Assembly (NCBI GenBank): GCA_019828565.1
Contig: JAHDYR010000007.1
Coordinates: 169,600 to 233,599 of the forward strand
Direction: 5' to 3'
Source: Carpediemonas membranifera BICM
Taxonomy: Eukaryota > Protista > Fornicata
DNA: 64,000 nt
The notes beneath the pieces were generated by a model. The model was not told the DNA's origin and made no database searches. It saw only the letters and a program-made list of their open reading frames with translations. This document shows, one piece after another, positions 1 through 11,459 of the stretch; the stretch's first letter is position 1, and every line of letters begins with the position of its first letter. A program made the position numbers and the translations under genes.

Positions 1-472
1 TGGACAATGGTAGGTCAGCGTGGTTTTTGGCGAAAATAACAGTGCATTGCTGTATTCCAAATGTATGACTTATAGTGCAATGCACTGTTATTTTCGCAGA
101 GCCGAACGGACGTGGCCAGAAACTGACATCGCTGAAAAGCTCAGAGACGTCGTTATATCATCTATAACGGCATCTCTGAGCTTTTGGGCGCACAGTTTCA
201 TCCTGACGTGGAGATTGATGCTTGATAAATTGAAGAATCGACTAGGAGAGCTCTACGCTTGCATGCAGCCTTCTATTAGGTTGTTGATGTTGGTTATATG
301 CTTCTTTTTCGTTCTCGATGCGTGTGGATGAGTATTCTGTTGCAAGATTCATTTTGATGGACTGATGTTGGTTATAGAGGATAAAGGCACCAGAATGGAT
401 CATATGCATGCTATAAACCGTTCTGTGCCGTTGGTCGGACGGCTTCAAAGTCATTGTATAGAAGGAGATCGT

Positions 473-1780
473 TTAATGGTCATCACATACATCATGGTAT
501 TGCGGGGAATCATGGTAGTGAGGTGATTCGATTTCGAGACTCGGTGGTGAACTGCGGACAGGAGATGGAGGCGGACTTACAACAGGCGTGGCGGGGCTGG
601 CGTTGAAGGCGGAGTGGGGGATGGAGACGGGCACGGAGATGGATACGGCGAGCTGTACGGCATACACCTTACTGGAAGCGGCATCTCCGGCCACTTGACG
701 AACCTGCACCGCCGGGCAGTTAAATCTTCAGGCCTCTTCTTGTTCCGTTTTTAGTTTCGTCATCGCTCTGTGCAGAACAAGACGCAATTTTTCGCACAAC
801 ATTTACGTATTTACCCAGTTATGTGTCGGTATATGTTCAAAACCACGGCCAGGCCCCACCGGGGTGAGTGTTGGGCATGCGCCGGTGTTCTTAGGACTCA
901 TGGTTTCGAGTTCAATGCTACGACCCTTTCGAATCGCATCTCTAAACTTTTCCTCCAGGACCCCAGTTGGCAGCAGTCGACCATTCTCTTCGCTGATCTA
1001 CAGAGAGTAAGACCTGTTCAGTGTCATCTAACAGAAGCGGACTCGGCTTGGCGACGCATTCATGCACGCGCATGATGACCTTGAGCTTGTCAAGACATTC
1101 GGCAGCAGTGGGACGCTTCGTTGGGTCGAAGTGGAGCATCTGCATTGCCAGGTCGTACATTCCGAGGCAAGTGGGTGGCGTTGTGCCGCGAATCGGTAGT
1201 GCAGAGTTCACGTTCACGAAGTTGAGACAATCTCTGAGCGGTTCGAGTGTCTTACGTGACAACTGCAACTGCCCACCATAGAAGTGGCACCAGTTCAGCA
1301 AGCTACCAAGCTTCAGCATCTTATTCTTCTTCTTGTTGTCGATCTGCGCCATGTCAGTCACCTTCGCGGCAAAGGGGGACTTGGGGAGACCGTAAAAGAG
1401 CAATGACTACACCGCACGAGTAAATGTCGGAGGCAGGTGTGACGACATGAAGAACAGGCGGGAAGAGCCGATGCAGTCATGCGCGTATGCTTGGAGGTCT
1501 CGTATGGCGCTCGTTGACGGCGGAATGACCGAACACGAACACACTTTGAACATTTCTGGGGGTAAATACCCATGCGTGCCGCGATATTCGGATGCCGATT
1601 TCAGTTCTATGGCCCAGTTCTCGTCGCGACAAGCCGGCTTCGTCATAGCAGAACTTCTTCATCAACGAAGTCTGTGCAGGATATGATTGAAATGATTGAA
1701 AAGAAACAGCCTGACATAAGACCCACCCAACCTTACATGGGTCATTGAAGGGTTGTGTGCCACGCTCTTGGTGCTGTGTC
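473..1780 (-). pseudogene. Fragmented Ser/Thr protein kinase, paralog of 5802..7076
   Basis: ORF pieces carry YRGTHGYLPPE and LAMQMLHFDPTKRPTAAECL, matching MRGTPGFIPPE and LAMGMLSYNPEDRPTALMCA in 5802..7076. N-lobe and catalytic loop not seen; stops and frameshifts present. Confidence 0.65.
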
Positions 1781-1903
1781 ATTGCTGCGTATAAACTGCT
1801 GGTATAAACTGCGTAGAATGCAGCAAGAAAGTGGAACTGTCAACTTTGCTGCGATTGCTTTCCGGAAGAGCTTGCGCGTCGTGTCTATGCAAATTGGGCG
1901 GAC

Positions 1904-2473
1904 ATGGGCGAAGCCGCGATGAAGATAGACGCCTTGCCTTTCGATGATGACCAAATTGTCGAGCTTGACGGCCAATCGCTCATTTCTCTGAAGTGCAGCA
2001 CATGCATGGTGTCAAAGGGCGATGACATGATGTATGGTTTGGTCACGGCTGGCGATGTTGATGAGGGAGAAGTGCTCGGGATTGCCAAGGGTGTTCTTAG
2101 CGATCAGCCTTCTCGGATTCAGCTATCGTCACAGCTGCACCTCATGACTCCTGATGAAGCATGCGTCAACAAGCTTTGCCATCATTCGGCTGCTGGCAAC
2201 TGCAGGTTTGCCCTATTCAAGGTGGATAAGAAGCCGATCTGCTTCTTGGTTGCCACCAGCAAGATCCCAAAGGACAAGGTCATCCTTGAAGGTGGCGGCA
2301 CTGACGATAATGTCTTTGTCGTGGTTAAGCATGCGAGGAATCGTGATGTACCGAAGGACGTGAAGCACTCAATTTCTCGCGTGGTCCAGGAGGATGCAGA
2401 GAAGGCGAAGAAGTTAGATGTAATGAAGTCGAAGAAGAAGGCGAAGGCAAAGAAAAAAAGGAAGCAGACATGA
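1904..2473 (+). CDS. Divergent SET-domain protein with Lys-rich C-terminus (may extend to ~2665 via frameshift)
   Basis: YGLVTAGDVDEGEVLGIAKG resembles GLFAxxDIxxGExIxEYxG; KLCHHSAAGNC resembles RFINHSCxPNC; FLVATSKIPKD resembles FALRDIxxG. The ELxxDY motif is absent. Confidence 0.6.
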   Translation: MGEAAMKIDALPFDDDQIVELDGQSLISLKCSTCMVSKGDDMMYGLVTAGDVDEGEVLGIAKGVLSDQPSRIQLSSQLHLMTPDEACVNKLCHHSAAGNCRFALFKVDKKPICFLVATSKIPKDKVILEGGGTDDNVFVVVKHARNRDVPKDVKHSISRVVQEDAEKAKKLDVMKSKKKAKAKKKRKQT

Positions 2474-2874
2474 CGGAGGAGGAGAAGTACAGATTAGAGC
2501 AGAAGAAGCTAAGAAAAAGCATGCGCCAATGGGAGCTGGGAGCCTTCTAAGAAGAAGAAGACGACTGTGAAGAGAAAGGGTACCAAATCGAGGTTGACGA
2601 AGAAGGACAAGGTGGCCATGACGCACAATGCGAAGACGTTGGACGAGTTCCTTAAACTGTTTTAACCTTTATGTCTCTTCAGCCCGCAGAGACGCCTTCG
2701 AATAGTGGGGTTTAGAGGCGCGCTGATCGAGTCAATGGTCAACAATTGCATCTTTACACTGTAGAGAACATACCGAGCTCTCTTAAAAACTGGTAAATCT
2801 CAACCTCCATCTCTTGACGAGCAATCTGCCGTTCTTCAGTCATGGAAAGATGGTTGCGAAGCTTCTTTCTCTCA

Positions 2875-3612
2875 TCAGACGGCATTGTCAGGCAAGCTTC
2901 GTCGTAGGTGGCATTGCTCGTGGACAGGATAAAAGAAATCAGCATTGATCGCTTCAGGGGAGAAGCAGGAGACAATCTTGTTCCAAGGGAGGTTTGGAAA
3001 CACCTTCGCCAGGTGTTCGCGCAAGGCAGCGCGAAGATTGGTCGAGAAAAACTTCTCGTCACTGCGAGGAAGGCAGTACTTGGAGAATTTCTTCGTATCC
3101 TTCAGCTTCAGGAACCGACGCTGTTCTTCAGGATCCAGGCGAGCATGTGGCACATCTGGCGTTGCGTCAAGAGCAACCGCTAAGGTGTCAAGCAGTGTCT
3201 TCATATCTTCTGTCGCAGCAGTCTCAGGGTCAACGCTGCGGAAGGCATGCAGCGCTGATTGGTAAGCAGCTTCTGCCCGCGCTGCCACCTCGTCCTTCCT
3301 CGATGGGTTCATGTGGACAGACTCGGACTCAGTGTTGAATGCAAGTCGGAAACCAGCTCGTGTTGAATTCTTGACCATCTGCTTGAAGTTGTGCGCCTCC
3401 GTCTTCTTGATGCACGACAGAATAGTTTCTTGGATATCAGCATCAGCCTTTTGCAGGACTGCCGTGCAATTCTCCAACGCGGCCTGAGACAACGGCTTGT
3501 AGGTGCGGTACGACGAAGTATTCGCTCTCCGCGCAGCTATCGCTGCTAACTGCTTGCGAGGCGCCTTTCCACCTTGCGTAGGCCGGCGAGCCGTTTGCTT
3601 TGTTCTAGCCAT
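2875..3612 (-). CDS. Protein with N-terminal histone H3 tail mimic fused to a non-histone helical body (C-terminus may continue to 2754 by frameshift)
   Basis: Begins [30 protein letters not shown]. No histone-fold motif such as LLIRKLPFQRL downstream. Confidence 0.75.
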   Translation of the reverse strand: [245 protein letters not shown]

Positions 3613-3735
3613 CGTCTTCTGAATGCAGAATTATATGCAATACATTTCTCACATAAAGCTGCTTTAAAGTGCGATGCCATTTTCTCACCCTCAATTTGGC
3701 ATTGGCGTCATGAACGACGATCAGACATTTTCAAT

Positions 3736-5355
3736 GCAATGGGGTGGAGAAATCGATATCTGGATGGATCAAAGCTGTTTGAATGTGTCTGTGGGGACAT
3801 CAGTAGCGAAACACGCAACGTCGGTTTTCCCTCGCCATCCCGACGTCACAAGTGCACCCGTACTGCACTGGCGCTGAAGAATACACGTGTCCTCATCGTG
3901 TTCGAGCCAACCTATGGGTTCGTTGCTGGAGATAGCAGGCAGTTTTCGATTGATGAATCTGTCTCCATTGGAGGGCACGCAGAACGCATTCGTCAGATCT
4001 TTGCGGCAATGCATAGCGAGTATACGGTTATCGAGACGGCCCAGTTCGAGAACGAGGACGATTTTTGAGGCGAAAATCAAGGAATTCGGCAAGCTGTATG
4101 GTGACTATGAGACTTTTTTTCATTATCACTGGTCACTCGGACTCTGATGGTCGGTTTGTGGTCGATGCCCGCACGATACCAGCCATCTGGACAACTGCCT
4201 TCGACTTCATCGAGGCAATTCTGAAGAATTATGAGAGTCATGTCTGCAAGTTCGCCCGAATCATGGGTGTGTATATTGCCGCCTGCCAGTCTTCCGCCCG
4301 TGACCCACGGCCGATCTTTCAGTTGTATTCTGGCAAGTTCAAGTTCACAATGCAACGGTGTGTGGTGCTTTTGACACCAGATGAGCTACCCGCCGTCGAA
4401 CTTGCCGCCCATGACGCCACGTGGCTCATCAGAATCATGACTCAGCCAGATCACCTCCATGAGATCGCGCAATTCTGGTTCTGGATGTCCAAGCTCTCGT
4501 ACATGAAGCGAAGAGTCATTATCGCAAGACCTGACGGTTGTGCAAAAGCGAAGATCGTATCGGAGGAAGACGCAAGACTCCCGCCGCGTTGTTATCCTTT
4601 GCTTAACAAGGTTTACCGGCCTGCGTACCCGAACTTCGATTCCACTGCTAAGATCGTCGACTTTCGCTCTCTGCTCTTGATCAAGTCTGAACACGAGTCA
4701 TCTGTGGCCATTGAGTCTCACATCAACAATATGATTGAGAAGAAAGAGATTCCAATCGGCACCAGCGGTCAGCCACAGTCCTTCGTTGAGGAAATTGTGA
4801 ATGGGTTGAAGTCATGGAGGAAATACTCGACACACCGTGATGGCAGCTGTGTTGCGCACTGCTGTTGCATGATTAGGGACGGCCATTTCCGGGATATGAC
4901 CACCCTGACCCACAGAACAGATCTTGAGGCAGCCATGGCTTTGCGTGCCGAGCTGGTGGAAAGCCGGGTGAAGCGGACGGCTCTGACGGAGGATTCCGCT
5001 AAGGCAGAACTTTTTTCCAAGATGGGCTGGCTTACCGATGATGCTGTGCGAGAGTTTTCCATGATCTACATGCGTAATGTCATCATGGTGTGCAACAACG
5101 GTAATAATTCTACAGTGATATTGTTCACACATGGTCACCAGTTTTTGGGGTTTGTACCCTTCTGGCGACTCAGCTGCTGATCGTTGTGAGAATTTCCAGG
5201 TGTTCTGTTCCAGACATGGCATTACCCACTTTATTCTGCTCCAGGACGACCATGCGGAACTTGTCAGTCTCCCAGAGGGTATCAAAAGAAAAGCGCAAAT
5301 ACAGGAAGGCGCTCCGTCATCCACAAGTAGACAAAAAGATGATGAGAGTGATTAA
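3736..5355 (+). CDS. Caspase/metacaspase-like (clan CD) peptidase, frameshifted at poly-T runs
   Basis: Removing one T in each run at ~4063-4067 and ~4113-4120 joins VLIVFEPTY..AERIRQIF..EAKIKEF..TFFIITGHS..GVYIAACQS, giving a His/Cys dyad context like FxYSGHG and DACHS. Start and end are approximate. Confidence 0.5.
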
Positions 5356-5801
5356 CAGTAAGTACAAGATAGAAGCAAAGAAAGTAGTGTAAAGATCATT
5401 CTGGAAGCGCCTTCCACATATTCCTCAGCGGCCGCCAGCTGCTTTTTGCCGGTAGAGTTCCAGGCCATATCGTCCGGTCGGGTCTTCTGCCTGGGTACTA
5501 CAGGAACGAACACTGTATCACAGCCACCCCACTCCAGTTCGATTCGAGCGTCTACTGGACTGATTTTTCGGTTTTAGTGTAAACAACTGGGTATTGTCTA
5601 TAAAGCCAGCGCAAGGCTGCAGCACGGGAAACAAGCTCAGTCCGGGGTCAGAATCCAAGCACCATAAATTTCTTTCTTTCTTTCTTTCTTTTCAAGGCTG
5701 CAGCATATCTCCTTTATATCTGGTCGAGTATGCGGCCTCATCTCTTCTTTGAAGGTGAATGCGATCATCCCATGGTAGTGAGGTGATTCGATACTGGGCG
5801 G

Positions 5802-7076
5802 TTACATATCAATAATCAATGATAGATCACGATGAACCCTCCAAACTCGTCCTCTTCTCTTTGTGTGGGGGTTCATGATGCTTCTGTAATCTTGGTGGTG
5901 TGTCTTGCAAGTTATTGTTCGATTATCGTGAACCGGCATGCCACATGCAATGCATCGGCCAGCAAATCGGGTTTCTCGAAGTGCTTCAACGGTGAGTTTG
6001 GCGGCAGCGAGCGTTTCCTGAGAGATTGTCACCTGGTCGTTGATCATCAGTGGTGTTGATGCGAACGTTGCTGCTAGGGCGGCGATATCGTTGAGATGTT
6101 CAGCGCACATCAAAGCTGTTGGTCTATCCTCCGGATTATAGCTGAGCATCCCCATTGCAAGGTCATAAAGGCTCCTATACTGTGTCGGAGGGCTTCCTCT
6201 CGTGCAGAGAGTCGGATTGATCATCAAACCACGGGCTGCATTCTTCTTCTTGCTGTGTATCGTGATTTCGCGGCCGTAGAAGTACGCCATGTTATATAGA
6301 GCGCCAATATGCTCGTCTGGGTTACTTGGCTTGCCACCATCCACTCTCACAGATCGAAATGGAGACTTATCCAGTCGCAATGCCATCATGAGGACGATAA
6401 CGCCGCAGGAAAAGATGTCGTATGCCGCATCAACTGTGTGCATGTTGGTGTTTCTGGTTGTGGTGTTCCTGGAAGCCTGGAAGGGGTTCAAATTCTGTGG
6501 TTCCCGCATAGCTACTGTACAATGCTTCGATTTCCGACTGAGTTCGTCGGCACGAAGCTCGGGGGGGATAAAACCAGGTGTCCCTCTCATGTCTTGTCCC
6601 ATATACCTGTTAATCCCAGTAGGAGCCTCTATTTTGATGGCAGAGCCGAAGTCAATGAGTAATCCACCGTCTTCTCGGTTGAAAAGGTAGTTGTCGGGCT
6701 TGATGTCGCCGTGGATGAATCCATTCTCATGCACATGGCTGAGAGCTAACAGTAAGTGCCGCAAGTAGCGACATTGATCCGGTACTGGTAGTGCCAGAAC
6801 GTCTCGCCACGACATATGGTCAACAAAGCGAGTGGCAAACGCTTGATCGCTGTCAACAAAGCCCACATCGACGATTGTAACAATAAATGGGCTTTTCATT
6901 GCCTGAAGTATCGTCTTTTCGTGTGTCAGGCGAAGTGTCATACAGTTATCGACCTTGACGACAGTTTTGACCCCGCTAATGTCGGCAATGTACGTATTAC
7001 TGTAGTTAGTCTTGTGTAGTTGCGTCAAATCGGCAGCGGAGAGCTTAAAGACCATTTCCACAGACGTCTGTTGCAA
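5802..7076 (-). CDS. Ser/Thr protein kinase
   Basis: VVK, HEK, IHGDIKPDNYL, IDFGSA, GTPGFIPPE, DIFSCG, PEDRPTA motifs; C-terminal CxxC..CxxH. Start codon uncertain. Confidence 0.9.
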   Translation of the reverse strand: MQQTSVEMVFKLSAADLTQLHKTNYSNTYIADISGVKTVVKVDNCMTLRLTHEKTILQAMKSPFIVTIVDVGFVDSDQAFATRFVDHMSWRDVLALPVPDQCRYLRHLLLALSHVHENGFIHGDIKPDNYLFNREDGGLLIDFGSAIKIEAPTGINRYMGQDMRGTPGFIPPELRADELSRKSKHCTVAMREPQNLNPFQASRNTTTRNTNMHTVDAAYDIFSCGVIVLMMALRLDKSPFRSVRVDGGKPSNPDEHIGALYNMAYFYGREITIHSKKKNAARGLMINPTLCTRGSPPTQYRSLYDLAMGMLSYNPEDRPTALMCAEHLNDIAALAATFASTPLMINDQVTISQETLAAAKLTVEALRETRFAGRCIACGMPVHDNRTITCKTHHQDYRSIMNPHTKRRGRVWRVHRDLSLIIDM

Positions 7077-7586
7077 AAATGACTTTAAAGTGCGTTTTTG
7101 GCAGATTTTGCAACAGACGTCTGTTGAAATTGGTTTTGAGTACGAATTGTGAAATTTTGAGTCTATCTGCTGAATCAGGAGGCCATTTTGAGTAATCTAA
7201 GACTCACCTCGAACATGTGTCAAATCTGGCAAATCAGAAGTCAATAAAAAAAGGGCAGAGAGGAGGAAGCGACCCATAAGGCGTACTTATGGACCATTTC
7301 CTCCCCCCAGCCCGATTTTTGAGTCTGAACTCCCAAGGAATAATTGTCCCTATGTTACTTTTTTCTAGCAGGATTTAAAGCTCAAAACTACGCATGAGTA
7401 GTCCTCATGTGTAGGCATGTATTCAACCTCATTTATAGATTATGAATACAGCTCGTTGTTGATTTATTTTTTTTCTTACCGAGTCGAAATGCTAGGGAAT
7501 TTCCTCGGGGGAAAGCCCGAGGAAATTCCCCTACCCAATAAGGGAAATTCCTGAACCCTGGACAGTATGCAGCCAGGGTCTGCCAG

Positions 7587-8243
7587 ATGATCCGCGAGCT
7601 CAACCTGTCTCGTAAGAAGGGAGACACGCTCTGGGCTCTGGCTGATCCCCAGCAGATGCTCCGCTTCATGCTAATCTGCTACAAAATCACTAAGGATGTA
7701 CCCAGCGACGACGCATACTGGATGGACGAGACCCACGTCGACCCGAGAAATAAGTGGAGGAGAAAGGGCTGGTCGAATAAGGGTCAGAGGTATTACAGCA
7801 AGAAGCATACCGGGAGCCTGACCCAGTCCCGCACCATTCTTGTCTTTATGAACGTCAGAGGCGTACAGCAGTACTACATCGGCGGCCCGGGCGAGACTAT
7901 CGACGCTGAGAAGTTTGAGGGGTATTTACAACGCTTCATTGACTGGCACTGGGCCAAGACAGGTAGGGTTGCCTATCTCATCATGGACAACGCCCCTGTG
8001 CATCAGAGCGACAGTTGTGAGAAGTGCAGAATATTGTGGCTGCCTCCATACTCCCCAATCATCAACCCTTGCGAGAATGTCTTCTCTTGGGTGAAGCATG
8101 AAATCGCGCACCAGCGCGCTTTACCCGATTACCTTGTGCTCCGGAGAACTTTCGCGCGATGCCCCGTTTCTCATCCCACAGTTTTCTCTCTTGTGGCTAC
8201 TGGTGGCTCCATTGAAGCAATAAAGAAGAAGTTTACTGGATAG
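7587..8243 (+). mobile_element. IS630/Tc1-mariner-like DDE transposase (N-terminally truncated)
   Basis: WMDET, IMDNAPVH, LPPYSPIINPCENVFSWVK. Confidence 0.85.
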
Positions 8244-8970
8244 AAGCGTTGTTGAACCGCGTGACGAGCTCAAAGAACTCGTCTTGGCGGTCCTTCTTGA
8301 TCATCACGCTGACGAGGACCGTCTTGGTGGTCTCTTGAGCAGGCTGGCGTCTTGCCCAGATCTCATCGGGGGCGCTAGTTGTCGTTGCCTTCCCATCCTC
8401 AACCAGGACAGCCCACGCAACCGGTTCCCAATGCTGCATGTCCCGGGACTCCACCGGAGAATCACTCATGATACGACCCACTGTAAGGTAAGGTAAGGTA
8501 AGGTAAGGTAGAGCGTCAAGGTTGCCCGCCTCAGCTGCCTCAGTAGTGGACATGGGTAGCTCATCCAGGGACTGCGACAGAGCAGCCGACGACTGGCTCT
8601 GGCTAATCTCTTGCGCCATTAGAACATCAATACGTTCGTTAGCATCCGCGATGATGCGCTGTAGACGTGATGCGGTGTACTTGTGGTGGCTGACTTGTTT
8701 CTCTGTACATGCCTCGGCTGCAGCGACGGCAAAGCTAGTTATACCTTTGAGTAGCTGAAGCTCGAACTTGATTGAGTTGAGCTTGCGTGTTGTTACAAGG
8801 GAACGCTCCTTACGGCCTTCATTCGCCTTACAACTACGAGAATTGTGATCAAAACCTAAACAAACCGTACAAGAGCGAAGCTTTGGAAGCTCAATGCCTT
8901 TTATGGCGTTGTGCACTTCTTCGGGCCAATTTGAGACACTTAGGAAGCTTTTTGCTTCTTTGAGGTCCAT
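8233..8970 (-). CDS. Hypothetical protein with Zn knuckle, convergent to the transposase
   Basis: 245-aa ORF with CTVCLGFDHNSRSC; contains a (GTAAG)n repeat. Confidence 0.5.
   Translation of the reverse strand: MDLKEAKSFLSVSNWPEEVHNAIKGIELPKLRSCTVCLGFDHNSRSCKANEGRKERSLVTTRKLNSIKFELQLLKGITSFAVAAAEACTEKQVSHHKYTASRLQRIIADANERIDVLMAQEISQSQSSAALSQSLDELPMSTTEAAEAGNLDALPYLTLPYLTVGRIMSDSPVESRDMQHWEPVAWAVLVEDGKATTTSAPDEIWARRQPAQETTKTVLVSVMIKKDRQDEFFELVTRFNNASIQ
8483..8510. repeat. (GTAAG) x5.6 microsatellite
   Basis: gtaaggtaaggtaaggtaaggtaaggta read directly. Confidence 0.95.
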
Positions 8971-9334
8971 TATGCTAATTTGCCTTTTCGGGGCTTTTTT
9001 CTCACTCTCTCTGATTTACCTTCTATTAACATGTGGTGATGCCATTAGGTCGATTTTTCATTTAACGGGCAATATGTATATATATATCCCCACCCAAAAA
9101 AATAAATCCTCACTCCTGAAAAAAATCCAGGGCAAATCTCTGACCCTGTAATCGTCCAGAAGTCGGCGGATAGTCCAGGAGTCGATAAATCGTCGAGGAG
9201 TCCGCAACAACGAAGTTCGTCGTCGACATTTCCCTAATGGCGCTTCGGGATGGTTCCTTCCAGCCTTTTCCTACTTACTGAAGTCAAAGTGTCCAAATAG
9301 TCGTCCAGAGCTCTTAGCTGCGCATTCGCCGCGT

Positions 9335-10900
9335 TCAACGGTTCCTTGCCAGATAGTTGAATTTTCCAATGATGCCGCAGAGATCGGTCATGTTGTTGGG
9401 CCTAGCCAGGGCCCCGAGCGAGGCAATCCTCGACTCAGACACGCGACTGCCGGTTCCGTCAATGACGAACACGACCACTTCCACGCTCTTGGCTCCGAAC
9501 GTGCACTTCTTGGGTGCCAGCCTTAGTCTGGTCGCTCTCAAACACTCGAAGACCGTCCGGAGTGTGGCAAGGTATTCCTCTGCCGTCCGGGCATAGTTCA
9601 GAATATCGTCGATGTACACGCAAGCGCCCTTGTGCAAGACTGGTGCCAGGACACGCTGCATCTCCCGCTGGAACACCGCAGGAGCATTCCTCAAGCCGAA
9701 CGGCGTGCGAACAAACTCGCAATAGTCGTCGGGGGTGACGAACCCCGTCTTGAAAACGTCTTCGGGCCGGACCTTCATCTGATGGTACCCTGAAGTAAGG
9801 TCCATACTGCTGAACCACTCAGCACCTGCGGCCTCGTGGACGAAGGACCGCAGGTCCGGCAGCGGGAACCGGTCCGGCTTGGTTTCGTTGTTGACCGCAG
9901 TGAGGTCCACACAGAGTCGAATAGCCCCATCCTTCTTCGTGGCGACCACTATTGGGCTCGCCCACGGCCCACGGCAGTCTCGGATAATACCTTCCCGCTT
10001 CAACCGGCGGACTTCCTGCCGCACTAACTCCCGCTTAGGGGGTCCAAGGTGTCTCGGGCGGCTCTGATGAGCGCGTCTTCGGATGTATCTATGACCATGG
10101 GGCCAAGGGTAGAGCCCTCCGGGGGTAGTCCCCCGAACAGCTCGGCAAACTCCCGGATCAGCGCCCATATGTCGGGGGCTATGTCTGAATCCGGCACAGT
10201 GATGGCCGACAGTGGGTCATCCAACGTATCCTCCACCTGATTAATCTCAACATCAATGTCATCCCCATCGTCGCCATCCTCGGCCTTATCGATGAGCCTG
10301 ATGAAGAGTTCATCGTTCGTCACGACTCCGAGCTCGCGCAGAATGTCTAGACCGACGATGGTCTTGACCGGAGCGCCTGGGAGTACCACTAGCCGTACCT
10401 GTATCTCGACGTCAACCGGCGTCAGCCTCTCCAATATTGTGGCATAGGTGTTTGTCTTCGACACTCGCTGATCAGCGGTCACGTAATGCACCGTTGGCCC
10501 GGTGCAAGTTGGTAAGTTAAATTGTTCCACTGTTCCATCCGTCACCGCTGAGAACGTCGCCCCTGTATCCAAACGAAACGAACACTGCTGGCCATTTATT
10601 TGGCCGGAGGTCATGAGGGGCTTGGCGTTCTCTGGGAGGTTCACCGCGGGCTTGCCTGTCGGTCACTGGGAGTCCCAGTGCCAGCCACCGCAGCTATAGC
10701 AAGGGCGATGGGGAGGCTTCTTGGCCGGGTCGACGTCATTGACGTCGGAGCCGTTGTGGCGGGGCTCGCGACTGTCGGACGGAGAAGGCTTGGAGGTCTG
10801 GCCTCGGGGCTTCTTGGACTTGGTCTTTGCCTGGGGCGGCCTATAATAGCCGTAACGTTCGGCTTCTAGGCGGGCCGCGTCGTCTCGCTTTGCTTCTCGG
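9335..10900 (-). mobile_element. Ty3/Gypsy fragment (gag Zn knuckle, protease, RT), frameshifted and truncated
   Basis: CYSCGGWHWDSQC, LDTGA, WASPIVV, LCVD, DLTSGYHQ, PFGLRNAP, YIDD; related to 41917..45957. Confidence 0.9.
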
Positions 10901-11459
10901 GTGGCTAGGGAATACCTTGTTGGAACCTTGTTGGCACCGGATATGATGTGGTCATGTGTTCGAACCCCTCAGTCGGCAAACTTTGTACACTTGCCATAAA
11001 ATGCGCGACTGTAGGTGGAGCTGCAGCGCCGAACGAACAAAAGAACTGGAAGACGGCGGAAAAATGAAAGTCGTGCTGTTACGGTACACCGTTGCACTGC
11101 GGGTCCTCACGTCGAGTTAGGAGTCCGCAACGGCATCATGTTTAGAATTTCGAGGCGATGAAGACGTTGAAGCCACGAACCTGATGTCTGCAGATGTCGA
11201 TGAAACGCTCGCATAGTGTAGGGCGTAGATAGATAGGTGATGTGTAGTAGTCTTGGTCTGGTCTCGTCCGAGCGGTGGTGCTAGTGTTCTGGGCCGAAAG
11301 ACGTGCAATTCGCGAAATGCCTGCAGAACTGGACGTTGTGGACACAGCTGCTGAAGTGTGTGTCATAAAACGGTGGGACGATGATGGAGTAGTTGTCTGT
11401 AGCTGGTTCCGGGCTGTTCCAGCGTTCTTGTATTCATCAGTGTTAACTGACCGAGTCGG

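Noticed and set aside
2875-3612. Canonical histone H3 or CenH3 gene
   Set aside because: Only the tail matches; no histone-fold sequence follows.
10950-10979. tRNA-like fragment (GTTCGAACCC..AGTCGGCA)
   Set aside because: It is B-box-like, but the T stem does not pair and no D or anticodon arm is visible.
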